Source of the DNA: Nitrospirota bacterium
GTDB lineage: Bacteria; Nitrospirota; UBA9217
NCBI GenBank assembly: GCA_963845065.1
Contig: CAWJQQ010000006.1
Coordinates: 363,850 to 427,849 of the forward strand
Length of the DNA: 64,000 nt
Reading direction: 5' to 3'
This document shows, piece after piece, positions 31,078 to 41,970 of the stretch. The number at the start of each line of letters is the position of its first letter. Positions within the stretch are counted from its first letter, which is position 1. Position numbers and translations under genes: made by a program. The notes beneath the pieces are model-generated. The model worked only from the letters and a program-made list of their open reading frames with translations, made no database searches and was not told the DNA's origin.

Positions 31078-31504
31078 ATAGCAACCTTTCGAAATCGAGG
31101 ATAACGATATCTTGCTCGTCTTCGACTACGATCCCTTTCATGAATTTCGTCTCGATGTCCCTCGACTTTTCGGGGGCCTTGGTTGGATCCTCCAACTTCG
31201 CCATCTTGACAACGCTGTCCACGATAACGCCGAAGAGAACACCATTCTCTTCTAGCAGGATGATGCTCTGACTCACTTCCGAGAGGTCTTTTTCTTCGGC
31301 GGTTCTCGGCTTGCTCATGCCGAGCCACTGTGCAAGATTGAAGACAGGGTACACGACCCCGCGGTAATCAATCAGTCCTTCGACATAAAAGTAAGACTGC
31401 GGCACTGGCCGTGACCGGCGCCAGGGCACGATCTCGATCGCCCCACTAAGTCGTGCACCGAATAGTCTTCCCGACAGGAGAAATATCAAATAGCTGCGCG
31501 TCAT
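31067..31504 (-). CDS. cheW: CheW-like adaptor
   Basis: YLIFLL...VEGLIDYRGVVYPVFNL...GVIVDSV. Confidence 0.8.
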   Translation of the reverse strand: MTRSYLIFLLSGRLFGARLSGAIEIVPWRRSRPVPQSYFYVEGLIDYRGVVYPVFNLAQWLGMSKPRTAEEKDLSEVSQSIILLEENGVLFGVIVDSVVKMAKLEDPTKAPEKSRDIETKFMKGIVVEDEQDIVILDFERLLYAS

Positions 31505-31911
31505 GGCAGCAGCCCGTCTGCGTTCAGCAGAAGCACGAGGTTTTCTTTATGTCTCAGGATTCCATTGAAATACTGGAACCTGGGATTGATGACGCCCTTC
31601 GGCATCACGATAGGTTTCTGTTCGGTGTTCAGAATCTCGGTTACGGCATCGACCAGTAGACCAACCATGCCCTTGACGCTTTTGATCACGAGAAGGGTCT
31701 CTCCAAGTGCACCGGTCAGTTTGAAGATTTTTTTAACGTTCAGAACAGGAATCAGCGTGCCTCGAAATTCGACTTTCCCCTCAAACATTGCGGTCAGTGC
31801 CGGGTCTTGCTGAAGAGCGCGCGAAACCGTAATCTCCAGCAGTTTGGTTATCGGGAGTGCATAACTCTCACCGCTAAGTGATAATATCAGAAAACGAGTC
31901 CTGTCGTCCAT
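31501..31911 (-). CDS. cheW: CheW-like adaptor
   Basis: ESYALPI...EGKVEFRGTLIPVLN...GLLVDAV. Confidence 0.82.
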   Translation of the reverse strand: MDDRTRFLILSLSGESYALPITKLLEITVSRALQQDPALTAMFEGKVEFRGTLIPVLNVKKIFKLTGALGETLLVIKSVKGMVGLLVDAVTEILNTEQKPIVMPKGVINPRFQYFNGILRHKENLVLLLNADGLLP

Positions 31912-31926
31912 AATGTTCTTTGGGGG

Positions 31927-34554
31927 TTAGGCCCGGCCTGCGAGGGTAGCACCACTCAGCAGTTTTTTGAGCGCTCCAAGCATTTCCTGCTCTTCAAAAG
32001 GCTTTACCAGGTAATCTTGGGCGCCCATTTCTATGGCTTTCTGCCGATGTTTGTCTCCTGCTCGTGAGGTGAGAACAATGACAGGGATGTTAATAAGTTC
32101 TGGACTCTTCTTCATCTCGGCCATAAGGTCATAGCCGTGCATGACCGGCATTTCGAGGTCCGTGATTACAGCATCAAATTTTAACCGACTCATGACATCG
32201 AGTGCCTCCATGCCGTCTGGAGCCACTTCAACCTCGTAACCCGTCCGGTCGAGAAAGCGCTGAACGTATTTGCGGATGCTAATGGAGTCATCAACCACAA
32301 GGACACGGGGCTTTCGCTTCGCAATTTCCGGCACGGACACGGACTCTGCTGAAGTCGCAATTACAGTGGCTTTGGTTGAGATCGCTGATTCATCGCCAAA
32401 CAACGAGGCAATATTGATTATCAGCCGCACGTTGCCTTCGCCCGATATCGTGGCACCGGAAAAGAGTTTAACGCCTTTCAGGTAGTCGCCAAGAGATTTA
32501 ACTACGATCTCTTCCCGTCCTTTAATTTCCTCTACCATCAGTGCCAATTTTTTCTCAGCCATGCCGAGGATCAACGTTGGGTGACGAAAAGTCTCGTCCT
32601 TTTTGGGGAACTTACCCACGCCGACCAGCTCGTTCAGCTTGACGAGACGGAGCAATGTCCCACGTAAGCTAACCATTTCCTCACCGGCGGCTCGTTGGAT
32701 ATCTTTGTACGAAAATCGTGTCGTTTCCTCAACAAGGTTCATAGGCACGGCGATTTCCTGGTCTTTGAGTTTTATAATCAGTGCCTGCGCAATAGCAAGC
32801 GTGAGAGGGAGCCTAATCACAAACTTCGTTCCCACGTTTTTTTCAGTCCGGATCACGATCCTGCCATTGATCCGCGCGAGATGCGTTGAGACCACGTCCA
32901 TGCCCACACCCCGGCCTGAAACTTTGCTGATTTTTGAAGCCGTGGAAAATCCTGGACGAAAGATCAGGTTGATCGATTCCGAATCCGTAAGCGACTGTGC
33001 CTCTGCCGCGCTCATAAACCCTTTGTCTACAGCCGTGTGCCTAAGCACGGCCGGGTCCATTCCACGGCCATCATCTTCGATCTCGATAATTATACTGTTT
33101 CCCTCATGCCGTGCCTTCATGATAAGCGAGCCCGTCGGATCCTTTCCAGCCGCTCTGCGTTCAGGAACCGTCTCAATACCGTGAGAAATCGCATTCCTGA
33201 TCATGTGCATCAGCGGATCTGAAATGATCTCAAAGATCGTCTTGTCGATCTTGGTCTCCCCGCCCGAGACCACCATGTTTACCTTCTTGTTCTCTTCCTG
33301 GGCTATGTCGCGAACCGGCCTCTGGAACATCTGGTAAAGCTTGTCCACCTCGACCATACGGGCCATAGTGATTTCATCCTGCAGGTTCGTAGTAATCGTG
33401 GAGATGCGCGCCGTATCGAACTCAAACGAGTCGAAAAAACCCGCAAGCTGTGTCATGATCTCGTTGGTGTCGTTCGTAATTTCCGTTAGTTTTCGCGAGA
33501 GCAGGTTGAAGTCATCATACCGGTCGAATTCAAGCTCAAGAAAATCTGTTGATGGCTCAGTAGCTTCCTGTTTCGCGCCTGCAGACTCGATACTCAATGT
33601 ATACTCGTATTTCTCTTCAAACTTTTTTATCTCATGTAGCAGACGGTTCTGGCTGAATTCAAGCTCTTCCCGTAACGCCTTGATTAGGTCGACCTGACGA
33701 GCAAGCCGGTTGCGATTAACGATCATTTCACCCACAAGGTTCATGAGATTATCGAGCCGGTCGATATTGACTCGGATAAACTGTTTTTCTAGGTCGACTG
33801 CATCTTTAGCACGCCGCCCCGTTCCTCGTTTTTCCAGAATGCCAATCTTCTTGGCCTCTTCCAATTCCTGCCGAAGCGGGCCATCGGGCACTGCTGACGG
33901 AGTTGGGCTCGAAGCTGGCTGCTGAACACCTGATGAAGGAACAGATGTCCTCGGCGGTATGATTGCTTGTTGCGAATTTGCCGGTTCTTCGGGAAGTGGT
34001 TCGAAAGTTCGGAGGTTTTCACTGTCGACTTCGAAGGTCTTTTCCCAATCAAGATCGAGATCGGCATCGTGTTCGTGATCCGCTGCAACTGGGATCGGCT
34101 CCTGGGAAACGCCGAATGGCTCGTCTTCCTTGGACGATGTAGTAGATGCTATCTTTATAATGCTCTCAACAACATCCTTATAGGCCCGGCCTATGCTTTC
34201 TACAACAAGGGGATCTTCCGACTGGTTGTTTGCTACGCCGTCCACCATGACTTTAACAGCGTCAACGCTATCAAAGAGAAAATTCAGAGTTTCTTTGCAA
34301 ATAGGAATGGTGCCCGAGCGAAACTGGCTGAGCATGTCTTCGGCCTTATGGGCCACATCACTAACTCCCTGAAATCCCATCATGGCCGCTGAACCTTTGA
34401 GCGTGTGTGCAGCCCGGAAAAGCTCATCGATCATGGCGGTGTCGTTCGAGTCCTTCTCAAGAGACAAGAGTCCCTTGTTCAGGTTTTGAAGATGCTCACC
34501 AGCCTCGACAAGAAAAAACTCGATGATGCCTGATTTATCTAAAGGACCTGCCAT
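31927..34554 (-). CDS. cheA: CheA/ChpA-type hybrid histidine kinase (Hpt, dimerisation, HATPase, CheW, REC)
   Basis: FRAAHTLKGSA, HMIRNAISHGIE, DDGRG, GFSTA..SGRGVGMDVV, C-terminal receiver LVVDDS. Confidence 0.93.
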   Translation of the reverse strand: MAGPLDKSGIIEFFLVEAGEHLQNLNKGLLSLEKDSNDTAMIDELFRAAHTLKGSAAMMGFQGVSDVAHKAEDMLSQFRSGTIPICKETLNFLFDSVDAVKVMVDGVANNQSEDPLVVESIGRAYKDVVESIIKIASTTSSKEDEPFGVSQEPIPVAADHEHDADLDLDWEKTFEVDSENLRTFEPLPEEPANSQQAIIPPRTSVPSSGVQQPASSPTPSAVPDGPLRQELEEAKKIGILEKRGTGRRAKDAVDLEKQFIRVNIDRLDNLMNLVGEMIVNRNRLARQVDLIKALREELEFSQNRLLHEIKKFEEKYEYTLSIESAGAKQEATEPSTDFLELEFDRYDDFNLLSRKLTEITNDTNEIMTQLAGFFDSFEFDTARISTITTNLQDEITMARMVEVDKLYQMFQRPVRDIAQEENKKVNMVVSGGETKIDKTIFEIISDPLMHMIRNAISHGIETVPERRAAGKDPTGSLIMKARHEGNSIIIEIEDDGRGMDPAVLRHTAVDKGFMSAAEAQSLTDSESINLIFRPGFSTASKISKVSGRGVGMDVVSTHLARINGRIVIRTEKNVGTKFVIRLPLTLAIAQALIIKLKDQEIAVPMNLVEETTRFSYKDIQRAAGEEMVSLRGTLLRLVKLNELVGVGKFPKKDETFRHPTLILGMAEKKLALMVEEIKGREEIVVKSLGDYLKGVKLFSGATISGEGNVRLIINIASLFGDESAISTKATVIATSAESVSVPEIAKRKPRVLVVDDSISIRKYVQRFLDRTGYEVEVAPDGMEALDVMSRLKFDAVITDLEMPVMHGYDLMAEMKKSPELINIPVIVLTSRAGDKHRQKAIEMGAQDYLVKPFEEQEMLGALKKLLSGATLAGRA

Positions 34555-34559
34555 ATGGC

Positions 34560-36425
34560 TTATTCGATAAACCCGAGCTTTATTTCCTCATCACTCGTGG
34601 TCACATTTTCCGTAACTGGTGGATACCCGTCAAGCACTGGAAGCGGTGTCTCCGTCTGCTCAACAGCATGCGCCTTGCCGATCTTAAACCTGTTAATGGC
34701 TTCGTTTAGCCGTTTGGTAAGATCTGCAAGGTTGTTGATGGTTGCAACCGTGTCCTGAACACCGAGGGTTGTTTCCTGGGTCAAATTGGAAATAGTGTCC
34801 ATGGTTTTCACCACGCTCGAAGTCGACTGCACCTGGTCAGCGGCTGCCCGGGTAATGTCCGTCATAAGGGTAGCGCTCTGTTTAACGATCTGTTCAATTT
34901 CTCTGAGCGCAGCGCCGGCCTGGTCGGCAAGCTTGGTGCCTTCCTCCACCTCGCGAGTACCCTCTTCCATGACCGTCACGGCTTCACTTGTTTCTACCTG
35001 AATGCCCTTGATCAGGCCCGTAATATCTTTCGTAGCGCGAGCGGCACGTTCCGCTAGTTTTCTCACTTCGTCAGCGACCACAGCAAAACCTCTGCCCTGC
35101 TCGCCTGCACGCGCGGCTTCAATTGCGGCATTCAAGGCGAGAAGGTTTGTCTGCGTCGCAATTTCATTGATCACTTCTATGATGGCTCCGATTTCCAGGG
35201 AACGCTCACCGAGGCCTTTAATTTTCTTTCCCGTTGACTGCACCGTCGCGCGGATTCGTTGCATACCCTTTATCGTTTCCGTCACGGCTGCGCCACCTAT
35301 GACGGCAGCCTGAGTCGCCTTCACCGAGGTCTGCGTAGCAGCCTCGGCGTTCTCGGCCATGCGTTGGGTCGTACGGGACATGGCATTCACAGCTTCAGAA
35401 GCGTTCCGGATCTGCGATGCCTGCTGTTCGGCACCCATGCGCATACTATCGGCTGAACGTAGAATGTCGCCAGCGGACCGTTGAATTTCGGTGGCCACAT
35501 TGCTTGCATGGGTCACGAGTGTGGTAAGACCAGTGATCATGAGGTTGAAGGCGTCAGCAACGGATCCTAGTGCGTCAGCTGTCACTTCTGCCTTGATTGT
35601 GAGATCCCCTTCAGCAGCCGTACTCACGACCGAGAGCAAGTCCATAACCTGATGCTGCATCTTATCCCGGTCGTACTCAGTCTGGACAAGACCTTGGAGC
35701 CTGTCGATCGTCCGGTTCAACGTGTCACCGAGCTGGCCCAGTTCGTCAGCGGTCTTCACGATTGCCTTTTTCGACAGATCGCCTCGGCCGAGGGCTTCTG
35801 CAACTCTCATGAGGTCCCTCACCGGGGCAATCGTAATGGCTGTAAGGATCAGAGTCAATATGGATAGCATGATAAGCGCAACGACGCCGACGCCCATGAT
35901 GACCAAGAGAAGGTTCCTAATATTGGTCTTGATGAGAGTCATATTGAGGCCCACGTGCACCGTGCCCAATGTTCCTCCGGCGATGGGTGATGCAATATCA
36001 ATAACTTCGATAGCGCTGCCTTTGAAAGTAATAACTGCGGGTTGGGTCCCATAGGGCTCTCCCGGCTTCAGGATATTTATGTTCTGCAGCGGTCCCGGTA
36101 TTATGTTTCCCTCGAAAGAGGATGACAACGCCCGTCCCCTCCCATCACGAATAAAGCAATACGCCACATCTGGCTGGCTGATGGCCTCACCTTGGATTAA
36201 TTGAAGAGCGTTGAGGTCTTCAACCTGAACTGGTTCAACAGCTTTAACGCCGAGTCCTTCGGCTACGATTTGCGTTTTCTTGATCGCTTCGTCTCTCAGG
36301 GTGTTCTGGATCTCGAGATAGGTGAACGCCAATATGCCTGCTCCAAAGATCGCCGACATGCTGACGATCATTAGGACAATTTTTGTTCTTATACTCATCC
36401 GGTAGAATGGGTTCCACATCTTCAT
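34560..36425 (-). CDS. Methyl-accepting chemotaxis protein (PilJ-like)
   Basis: Two TM helices, tandem [39 protein letters not shown]. Confidence 0.93.
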   Translation of the reverse strand: MKMWNPFYRMSIRTKIVLMIVSMSAIFGAGILAFTYLEIQNTLRDEAIKKTQIVAEGLGVKAVEPVQVEDLNALQLIQGEAISQPDVAYCFIRDGRGRALSSSFEGNIIPGPLQNINILKPGEPYGTQPAVITFKGSAIEVIDIASPIAGGTLGTVHVGLNMTLIKTNIRNLLLVIMGVGVVALIMLSILTLILTAITIAPVRDLMRVAEALGRGDLSKKAIVKTADELGQLGDTLNRTIDRLQGLVQTEYDRDKMQHQVMDLLSVVSTAAEGDLTIKAEVTADALGSVADAFNLMITGLTTLVTHASNVATEIQRSAGDILRSADSMRMGAEQQASQIRNASEAVNAMSRTTQRMAENAEAATQTSVKATQAAVIGGAAVTETIKGMQRIRATVQSTGKKIKGLGERSLEIGAIIEVINEIATQTNLLALNAAIEAARAGEQGRGFAVVADEVRKLAERAARATKDITGLIKGIQVETSEAVTVMEEGTREVEEGTKLADQAGAALREIEQIVKQSATLMTDITRAAADQVQSTSSVVKTMDTISNLTQETTLGVQDTVATINNLADLTKRLNEAINRFKIGKAHAVEQTETPLPVLDGYPPVTENVTTSDEEIKLGFIE

Positions 36426-36510
36426 AGCTCTGCTCCTTTAAAAAAGAGTATCTTATTTTTCACCTTACGACTGTATTTAGCTGCGCGGCGTCATTTCCTG
36501 CCTGATGCAA

Positions 36511-37008
36511 TCATGTGAGCTTTATATCATCCAATACTCGCTCGATGTTCAGAAGAGCGACCACTCCCGTTTCTCTTTGGATGATACCTTTGAAAAAACG
36601 ACTGCGGCTCTTGACGCCGGACAGCGGCCCTCCCGAATCTGCCGGAATCGCCTGTATGCTGTTTTCGTTCACCGCTACCACTGCAGTAACATTATCAACA
36701 GATATCCCGAGCAGAATAGCGCCATGTTTAATGATAGCAATCTGACCGAGCGCTGACTGCTGCGGCAGGGATAGCGCCGGGCGGATGTCAACAATGGGAA
36801 CAATGCTGCCTCGCAGGTTTATAACGCCCAGTACATGAGATGGGGTTGTCGGGATAGGAAAGATTTTCTGAGGAATGATGATCTCCAGCAGCAACTCGAC
36901 CGGAATAGCATAGGTATCTTCGCCTATGCTGAAGAGGCAAATTCGAGTTTCCTCCTCCTGCATTACATCTATCACTTCTGCGGTGACGTCGTTGTCGAAT
37001 TCGGCCAA
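36511..37008 (-). CDS. cheW: CheW/PilI-like adaptor
   Basis: IPTTPSHVLGVINLRGSIVPIVD. Confidence 0.88.
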   Translation of the reverse strand: MAEFDNDVTAEVIDVMQEEETRICLFSIGEDTYAIPVELLLEIIIPQKIFPIPTTPSHVLGVINLRGSIVPIVDIRPALSLPQQSALGQIAIIKHGAILLGISVDNVTAVVAVNENSIQAIPADSGGPLSGVKSRSRFFKGIIQRETGVVALLNIERVLDDIKLT

Positions 37009-37027
37009 ACAGGCCCCCCTCCTGAGA

Positions 37028-37387
37028 TCAGATGTATTTTTTAACCGCCTTCAGCAGATCTTCGGGCTTGAATGGCTTGGTTAAATACTCATCCGCCCCC
37101 TGTTTCATACCCCAAAACTTATCGCTCTCCTGATCCTTTGATGTTACCATAATAACAGGAATATTTTTATACTTATCATTGGTTTTTATATCTCTGCAGA
37201 CCTGAAACCCATTTTTTTTGGGCATGATTACATCCAGGATAACAAGGTCGATTTTTTCAGCCTTCACCTTCTCTTCAGCGGCTTCACCGTCCATGACTGT
37301 TACGATAGTATGGCCCATAGACGAAAGCGCTTGCTGAAAAATCTGAAGCTCCGCCAAACTGTCATCGGCAATGAGAATTTTGGCCAT
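37028..37387 (-). CDS. PilH-like single-domain response regulator
   Basis: Start MAKILIADDS after AAGGAG; LDVIMP..NGFQVCR, TSKDQESDKFWGMKQGA..YLTKPF is typical of PilH. Confidence 0.85.
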   Translation of the reverse strand: MAKILIADDSLAELQIFQQALSSMGHTIVTVMDGEAAEEKVKAEKIDLVILDVIMPKKNGFQVCRDIKTNDKYKNIPVIMVTSKDQESDKFWGMKQGADEYLTKPFKPEDLLKAVKKYI

Positions 37388-37479
37388 TCTAGTCTCCTTT
37401 TTCCCTATGTAACAGATATTGAAAATTAACACAACTCTTTGGTAGTGTCAAGTTTTCTTTTGATTTTCTTTACGTTAGA

Positions 37480-38876
37480 TGATAACCGCCAGGACATCGT
37501 GCACAAGAAAAACCGTCACGACATCGTGCAATCGCAACTCTGAAACTATTCGATCTTGCGATGCCGTGACTTGTGTCAACGGTCATCGCAGTTGATAATT
37601 GTATTCCTCGACCTGGACTGTATCCCGGAAAAGTTTCAACTTTTGTTCTTTGACATCGACAGTAGCCACAACGTATTCGTATTGGGTCTCCGGTGGGGCT
37701 GGGAACCTTTCTCCAAAGATATCTAATCGGCACTCGCTTCGAATGAACCGCACGAGATGATAGTAACCTTCCTCCGGCTTGTCCAAGGGGTGCTTTGGAG
37801 CGTTACTCTTGCTCGGGAAGACCAATTTCTTCTCCATAGCGGCAAATGCCTTGAGCGGCGTTTTCCCTTTGAGTTTGCTGTAGCGATAGGTACTGTTGTG
37901 CCGATGCTCGAAGGCCAGAGACTCCTGCCGAAGCTGCGGCATTGACGACATCATGATCTTGTCGAGAAACTTCTGCTGGTAATGGTCGTTGAACTTCTCG
38001 ACGACACCGTTCCACCACGGTTCAGAAGGTGGAATAAACCAGAGCTGGACGCCGTAATCCAGGCAGAGACGAATAAGCGGCCCCATCCCTCGCGGATAGG
38101 CAGGACAACCGAAGAAAGCTATTTCGTTGTCCACTTGAAGATTCTCAGGAAGCCCCATACGCAGCCAGATGGCATAAACAGAGTCCAGAATGCTTTGCGC
38201 CGCTTTGGAGAGCATCGGCTCTATTCCGCACCGGTTGATTGCGACGTCAATGGCATTCAGGCCGTAGAACCGGATCGGACCCTTAAGATAGCAGGGGCCG
38301 ACCAAATCGAGCTGATGAGTTTGGTTGGGAAAATACGCCGGCAAAGTAGGATATTTTTTTCCCTTCGGCGTATATCTTCCGGTTCGCCGGTGGGTCAATT
38401 CACGGCGGCATAAAATGCGCTCAATGGTGCGAGTGGAGGGCAGCGGCTGAACGTTCATATCCTCCATCTCCCATCTGATGGCCTGGCCGCCACAGAAGAG
38501 GTCCTTATTGTACAAGCTCGATCGCACCAACTCAACGATCTGTTCAATCTCCGCAGGTGTTCGGTGGGGGCTGATGAGAGGCCGACGTGATAGCTCTTCA
38601 TACCAGGTCGAATCGTCTGGAATGTGCCGTGTCAACCACTTGTACAGCCAGCGACGCGATCTACCCAGAGAAGCGCAGATGCTCTCCACGTCTTCTCCGG
38701 CGATATATCGTTGCACTGCAGATGCTCGTTCCTGCTGAATCTTTTTTTTCATGAACACCCCCTATAAATTTAGTGGTGTTCATGATAGCGCTAAACGTGG
38801 CTACTCGATTGTCAAAGAGCGTTTGTGCACGATGTCGTGGCGGATAAATCAGTGCACGATGTATTGTCGGTTATCA
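37480..38876 (-). mobile_element. IS481-like insertion sequence, apparently intact
   Basis: Ends TGATAACCG...CGGTTATCA; 6-bp direct repeat GTTAGA (37474-37479 / 38877-38882); repeated subterminal ACATCGTGCA boxes at both ends. Confidence 0.85.
37583..38758 (-). CDS. Integrase-core (rve) DDE transposase, IS481-like
   Basis: N-terminal HTH, PNQTHQLD, LQVDN, P..PWWNGVVEKFN motifs. Confidence 0.85.
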   Translation of the reverse strand: MFMKKKIQQERASAVQRYIAGEDVESICASLGRSRRWLYKWLTRHIPDDSTWYEELSRRPLISPHRTPAEIEQIVELVRSSLYNKDLFCGGQAIRWEMEDMNVQPLPSTRTIERILCRRELTHRRTGRYTPKGKKYPTLPAYFPNQTHQLDLVGPCYLKGPIRFYGLNAIDVAINRCGIEPMLSKAAQSILDSVYAIWLRMGLPENLQVDNEIAFFGCPAYPRGMGPLIRLCLDYGVQLWFIPPSEPWWNGVVEKFNDHYQQKFLDKIMMSSMPQLRQESLAFEHRHNSTYRYSKLKGKTPLKAFAAMEKKLVFPSKSNAPKHPLDKPEEGYYHLVRFIRSECRLDIFGERFPAPPETQYEYVVATVDVKEQKLKLFRDTVQVEEYNYQLR

Positions 38877-38919
38877 GTTAGATGTTAGTGTTAAGCAATC
38901 AACCCTTGTTGATATTACG

Positions 38920-40233
38920 TTATTTTTTTCTCCTGATTAAATTTACCGAGAGCAGGATAAACATGCTCTTCACTACTTCAAATTCTCCAATGCAGAGCGT
39001 GTCTATAATATTCTGAATCGTCCGCCTACCGTCGACATAGCGAAATACGCTGAGATCGATATCGCTCATACCACGCGTTGTAAGCTCTTCAGCATTGCTG
39101 ATTATGGGTTCGAACACGATGTCGAAATTAGGAATCTTTTGCTGGATCAGGCTCCATTCGTCGGCTCGACGGGCGCCTTCTAGAAGGACATCGTCCACTT
39201 TCAGCTGTACTGGATTAGCAAACACAGGCGGTATCGCTTTTTCGAAAAAAAACTCACCGTCTTTCCAAGCCATGATTTTATAAACAGCGGATTCCGTGTG
39301 CCGCTTGAGGCAGTCCGAAAAAGTCTTTGTATCAAGCAGTCTTTCCTGCAGAAGCACACGATCAACGGGCTGCGAGGTCATTTCCGCTATCCGTAGTACT
39401 TGCCGATAATTATCATCCTTCAACCCGCAAGTTTTTTTCAGTAAGCCCTCAAGCCAGGTTTTGTTTCCCGCAACGGTCGATGATGCAAATACAACGAATC
39501 CGTCCTTGAAATATACTTCTACTGCGTCGCCTGGTGAACGGCTGATAACGAGCCTGCCCGTCTGACGCTGCATACCGAGCATCTGAAGAACCTCTACAAT
39601 ACGGACGCTCGCCAAGTTGCCCTGAATGCCAGCGCTTTCTACATGCTGCGGTTTTGCCAGTTCCTTCCTGATCAATTCCGGCAACGTGGTCTTTAAAAAC
39701 TCAGCAAGAACCTGATCTACAATAGTGCGCACGGTGGCCTCGATTCCTCCGCCCATTTGTGAAATATTGATATCCGAAGGTTGAAGTACTAAGGCCGCTC
39801 GCGATTCTCGAACGGGCACTCTCACCGACTCCTGGATGGGCAGCGGCTTCGCGATCTCCTGTTTCTTGTCGATCACTTCCCGTATTTTGGCTAGAAGCTC
39901 TTCTGGCTGAAATGGCTTGGTGAAGTATTCGGTAATGCCAAGAACATCGACAAATTTGCTGCCAACCTTATCTCCCTTGGATGTAACGAGGATGATTGGC
40001 GTATCTTGGAACTCGGGATCTTCCTTAAGCGTCTTGCAGACTTGGAAGCCGTTCATCTTCGGCATGACGAAATCTACTAGGATCACCGCCGGACGCTCTT
40101 CTCGAGCCTTGACTATGCCCTCCTCCCCGTCTGATGCAAGAACAACCTGATATCCCTGCGAGGAGAGGATCATCTCGATGAGCCGCTGGACTGTCGGACT
40201 ATCGTCAATATCGAGGATTTTTTCCCCAGCCAT
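38920..40233 (-). CDS. Response regulator with DUF4388/PatA-like output domain (PilG/PatA-like)
   Basis: REC (DDSPTV, VDFVMP, TKPF); GIQGNL....VEVLQML....QTGRL and W.DGEF.F, LLEGARRADEW of DUF4388. Confidence 0.82.
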   Translation of the reverse strand: MAGEKILDIDDSPTVQRLIEMILSSQGYQVVLASDGEEGIVKAREERPAVILVDFVMPKMNGFQVCKTLKEDPEFQDTPIILVTSKGDKVGSKFVDVLGITEYFTKPFQPEELLAKIREVIDKKQEIAKPLPIQESVRVPVRESRAALVLQPSDINISQMGGGIEATVRTIVDQVLAEFLKTTLPELIRKELAKPQHVESAGIQGNLASVRIVEVLQMLGMQRQTGRLVISRSPGDAVEVYFKDGFVVFASSTVAGNKTWLEGLLKKTCGLKDDNYRQVLRIAEMTSQPVDRVLLQERLLDTKTFSDCLKRHTESAVYKIMAWKDGEFFFEKAIPPVFANPVQLKVDDVLLEGARRADEWSLIQQKIPNFDIVFEPIISNAEELTTRGMSDIDLSVFRYVDGRRTIQNIIDTLCIGEFEVVKSMFILLSVNLIRRKK

Positions 40234-40370
40234 CAATACCCCCAAACTGCAAACTTGTGAATACTAACATGGTATAAAAGCCATTGTCAACAGCATAAGC
40301 CTTGCGCTTAAAGAAAAAGGGTCAGATGCTGCTCGCTACGGCTGGGAATTAGGATCAATTGCACGGAGTG

Positions 40371-41561
40371 CTACAGCCGTGCGGCAATCTGGTTCAGGAA
40401 TTCCTCAGTCTGCGCATAGGTTTCCACCTTCGGCTCTGCAATGGCCGCAAGGTCTTTTGTCATGACTCCACCCTCGATTACTGCTATTACAATCGATTCG
40501 AGCCTGCGCGCAAATTGAACCACACCTGGCGTGCCGTCGAGCTCACCACGCCGGGCGATCGCACCGGTCCACGCAAAGATTGAGGCTACGGAGTTCGTTG
40601 AAGTAGGGTTTCCCTTGAGGTGTTCGTAGTAATGGCGCATAACGGTGCCGTGAGCCGCTTCGTACAGATATTTGCCGGCTGGCGATACGAGCACTGAAGT
40701 CATGAGCCCCAGACTGCCGAAGCCCGCCGCGACCATGTCACTCATTACATCGCCATCATAATTCATGCAGGCCCACAGCATGCCACCCTCGGCCTTCATA
40801 ATCTGCGCAACTACGTCATCGATGAGCATGTAGCGGTATTTGACCCCACTTTTTTCTAAATCTTCTTTGCGTATTTCAACCTCATGATCAAAGACCTCTT
40901 TAAAGAAGCCGTGGTACGTTTTCGATATTGTATCCTTCGCACCAAACCACAACTCGCATTTTTCACCGAGCGAGTAGTTGATGCAGGCTTGCGCGAAACT
41001 CCGGATCGACTTTTCTGTATTATGTATACCCATAATAACGCCCGGGCCTTTGAAGTCATGAATGGTAAGAGCTGTCCGTTCACCGGACGTAGAAATAAAG
41101 GCCAGTTCCGCCTTACCCGGACCGGGAACCTTATACTCTACCGATTTGTAGATATCACCATAAGCATGCCTGCCTATACTGATCGGTTTCTTCCAACTTC
41201 GAACGGCTGGTGGGATGTTCTTCACGAGAATAGGTTTTCTGAAAACCGTGCCGTCGAGTATCGAACGGATCGTCGCATTCGGGCTCTTCCATGCCTGCTT
41301 GAGGTTGTATTCCTTCATCCGTGCTGTATTCGGCGTGATAGTCGCACACTTTACGCCCACACCGCATTCGTTGACTGCTATTGCCGCATCAGTCGTTACT
41401 TTATCTTCCGTATCGTTCCGGTGCTTGAGTCCGAGATCAAAATATTTTAGTTCTATAGCGAGGTGAGGGAAGAGCAACTTCTCTTTGATCATCTCCCAGA
41501 TGATCCGGGTCATTTCATCACCGTCCATCTCAACAATGGGGCTTTTAACCTTAATTGTCAC
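40371..41561 (-). CDS. icd: NADP-dependent isocitrate dehydrogenase
   Basis: [48 protein letters not shown] start at 41561 follows AAGGAG. Confidence 0.95.
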   Translation of the reverse strand: MTIKVKSPIVEMDGDEMTRIIWEMIKEKLLFPHLAIELKYFDLGLKHRNDTEDKVTTDAAIAVNECGVGVKCATITPNTARMKEYNLKQAWKSPNATIRSILDGTVFRKPILVKNIPPAVRSWKKPISIGRHAYGDIYKSVEYKVPGPGKAELAFISTSGERTALTIHDFKGPGVIMGIHNTEKSIRSFAQACINYSLGEKCELWFGAKDTISKTYHGFFKEVFDHEVEIRKEDLEKSGVKYRYMLIDDVVAQIMKAEGGMLWACMNYDGDVMSDMVAAGFGSLGLMTSVLVSPAGKYLYEAAHGTVMRHYYEHLKGNPTSTNSVASIFAWTGAIARRGELDGTPGVVQFARRLESIVIAVIEGGVMTKDLAAIAEPKVETYAQTEEFLNQIAARL

Positions 41562-41919
41562 TTTTATCTCCTTGTGAGCCAAATATTGACAAGCTTTTCT
41601 TTAAGCTGCTGACGAAATTTTAATGCGCCTCCCAAAAATTGTCAACAAAACAATCGGTTCGAATGAAAATTGCATAAGTGCAGTTCTTCTGCGGCTGCAA
41701 TTTCCATAAAAGAGTACCTTGTTCACCCATCTAAGATTTATTGCGTGTCGCTACTTTGTCAGACAAATTACTGATTATTTCTGGCAGTTAATTGTGTCTC
41801 TTTTTTAAATATTTTTTATTCGTTAGAACTTTGCAAACGTCTGAAAAAATATTTATTAGCCTCTTGACCGTAGTCCTCTCTGAATTATGCTTACCTTAAA
41901 TAAATGGGCTACTGAAGGC

Positions 41920-41946
41920 TAAAGTTTTCCCTCGTTTTGCCGATAA
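41920..41946 (+). promoter_or_regulatory. Sigma-28 (FliA) promoter
   Basis: TAAAGTTT-N11-GCCGATAA, exact consensus, 24 nt upstream of ATG 41971 with AGGAG RBS. Confidence 0.85.
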
Positions 41947-41970
41947 GCTCAATAGTAGGAGCCGCAAGAC

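Noticed and set aside
37494..37532. Short repeats ACATCGTGCA as a mini-CRISPR
   Set aside because: They are subterminal IS repeats mirrored at the other end; no cas genes and no spacer periodicity
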